From Paraphysomonas bandaiensis (Eukaryota > Protista > Chrysophyceae): DNA of 64,000 nt. The translations under genes were made by a program, and so were the position numbers. The number at the start of each line of letters is the position of its first letter. Positions within the stretch are counted from its first letter, which is position 1. The notes beneath the pieces were generated by a model. The model saw only the letters and a list, made by a program, of their open reading frames with translations, did not search any database and had not been told where the DNA came from. Positions 63,576-64,000 of this stretch are shown here, in pieces. Location of the stretch: the NCBI GenBank assembly GCA_965644295.1, contig CBFFRP010000020.1:104087-168086 (forward strand), in the 5' to 3' direction.

Positions 63576-64000
63576 ATGAGCTATATATTATTTTGTCGTT
63601 TGCTTTCCGGTTTTAGAATATTTGACACAAGCGTTAAAGAATTTAAGACTATAAATAAATATCCTAGTGAACATCACAGCTTTGAATTAATGAAAGGATA
63701 TGAACCAACTGATGAAGACTTAAAAAGATACGCAGAGGATTTTAAAAAGTGGTGCGATGAACTAAAGGACCCTGAAAATTTTCTTACTATAGACTATTCT
63801 AATTATGTTTCTCATTCTTACGCAGTGAGAAATACATATAAACGCATGAAAAAGAATAAGTTTAAAAATGTAAAGGAAATAACATTTAGTAAAGTAACAA
63901 AAGCAGAACACTTTTATATGTCACAGTGCAATAATGGACCTTTAATGTACTGTCAGCAATATCAAGGGCCATGTTTTGGATATGATTACAGCCAGTATTA
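63576..64000 (+). CDS. Probable protein-primed family B DNA polymerase, N-terminal part (cut by window end)
   Basis: Open for 141 codons from ATG 63576. Ends ...FYMSQCNNGPLMYC..GPCFGYDYSQY, resembling the YxGG region and the start of PolB motif A (YDxxSxYP). Confidence 0.65.
   Translation, partial: MSYILFCRLLSGFRIFDTSVKEFKTINKYPSEHHSFELMKGYEPTDEDLKRYAEDFKKWCDELKDPENFLTIDYSNYVSHSYAVRNTYKRMKKNKFKNVKEITFSKVTKAEHFYMSQCNNGPLMYCQQYQGPCFGYDYSQY

Larger units (their letters stand above)
49969..64000 (+). mobile_element. Endogenous Polinton-like virus (left part; continues beyond the window)
   Basis: Abrupt shift to very AT-rich, intronless, densely packed same-strand ORFs including minor capsid, major capsid, SF3 helicase and PolB-like genes. 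Left boundary placed at ACACACAC-AGAGAGAG-G11 (exact base uncertain). Confidence 0.9.

Noticed and set aside
49969-64000. Interpretation as bacterial/phage contamination or a classical virophage
   Set aside because: No Shine-Dalgarno pattern, a eukaryotic LTR element is nested inside, and the 449-aa MCP is PLV-like and shorter than typical virophage MCPs. Final classification needs a phylogeny.

Overview
Intron-rich (GT-AG) eukaryotic genomic DNA, most plausibly a stramenopile protist (host assignment is inference). Bases 1 to ~49.9 kb are host chromosome. Genes there: TPR protein, TMEM230/134-like, RNase H2A, an Eps15/synergin-like EH protein, an unusual FYVE-RA/FERM-PH-Sec6-like protein, an MLO-like EF-hand protein, a FAIM-PX-PDZ protein, a divergent PDH E2, myosin and an MGAT4-family glycosyltransferase. 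These are interspersed with TA-TSD, hAT and PIF/Harbinger-type elements. From ~49.97 kb to the window end lies an AT-rich, intronless, all plus-strand endogenous Polinton-like virus (PLV) with minor and major capsid genes, an SF3 helicase, the start of a probable protein-primed PolB, conserved promoter motifs and an intergenic hairpin. Its helicase gene is split by a young Ty3/Gypsy LTR retroelement (54784-61349; 640-bp LTRs identical by eye; CAGT target-site duplication). This element keeps an open integrase-chromodomain frame but shows no recognisable RT or tRNA primer-binding site. Removing it restores a 509-aa helicase ORF exactly. Protein calls come from motif recognition by eye, not database searches.
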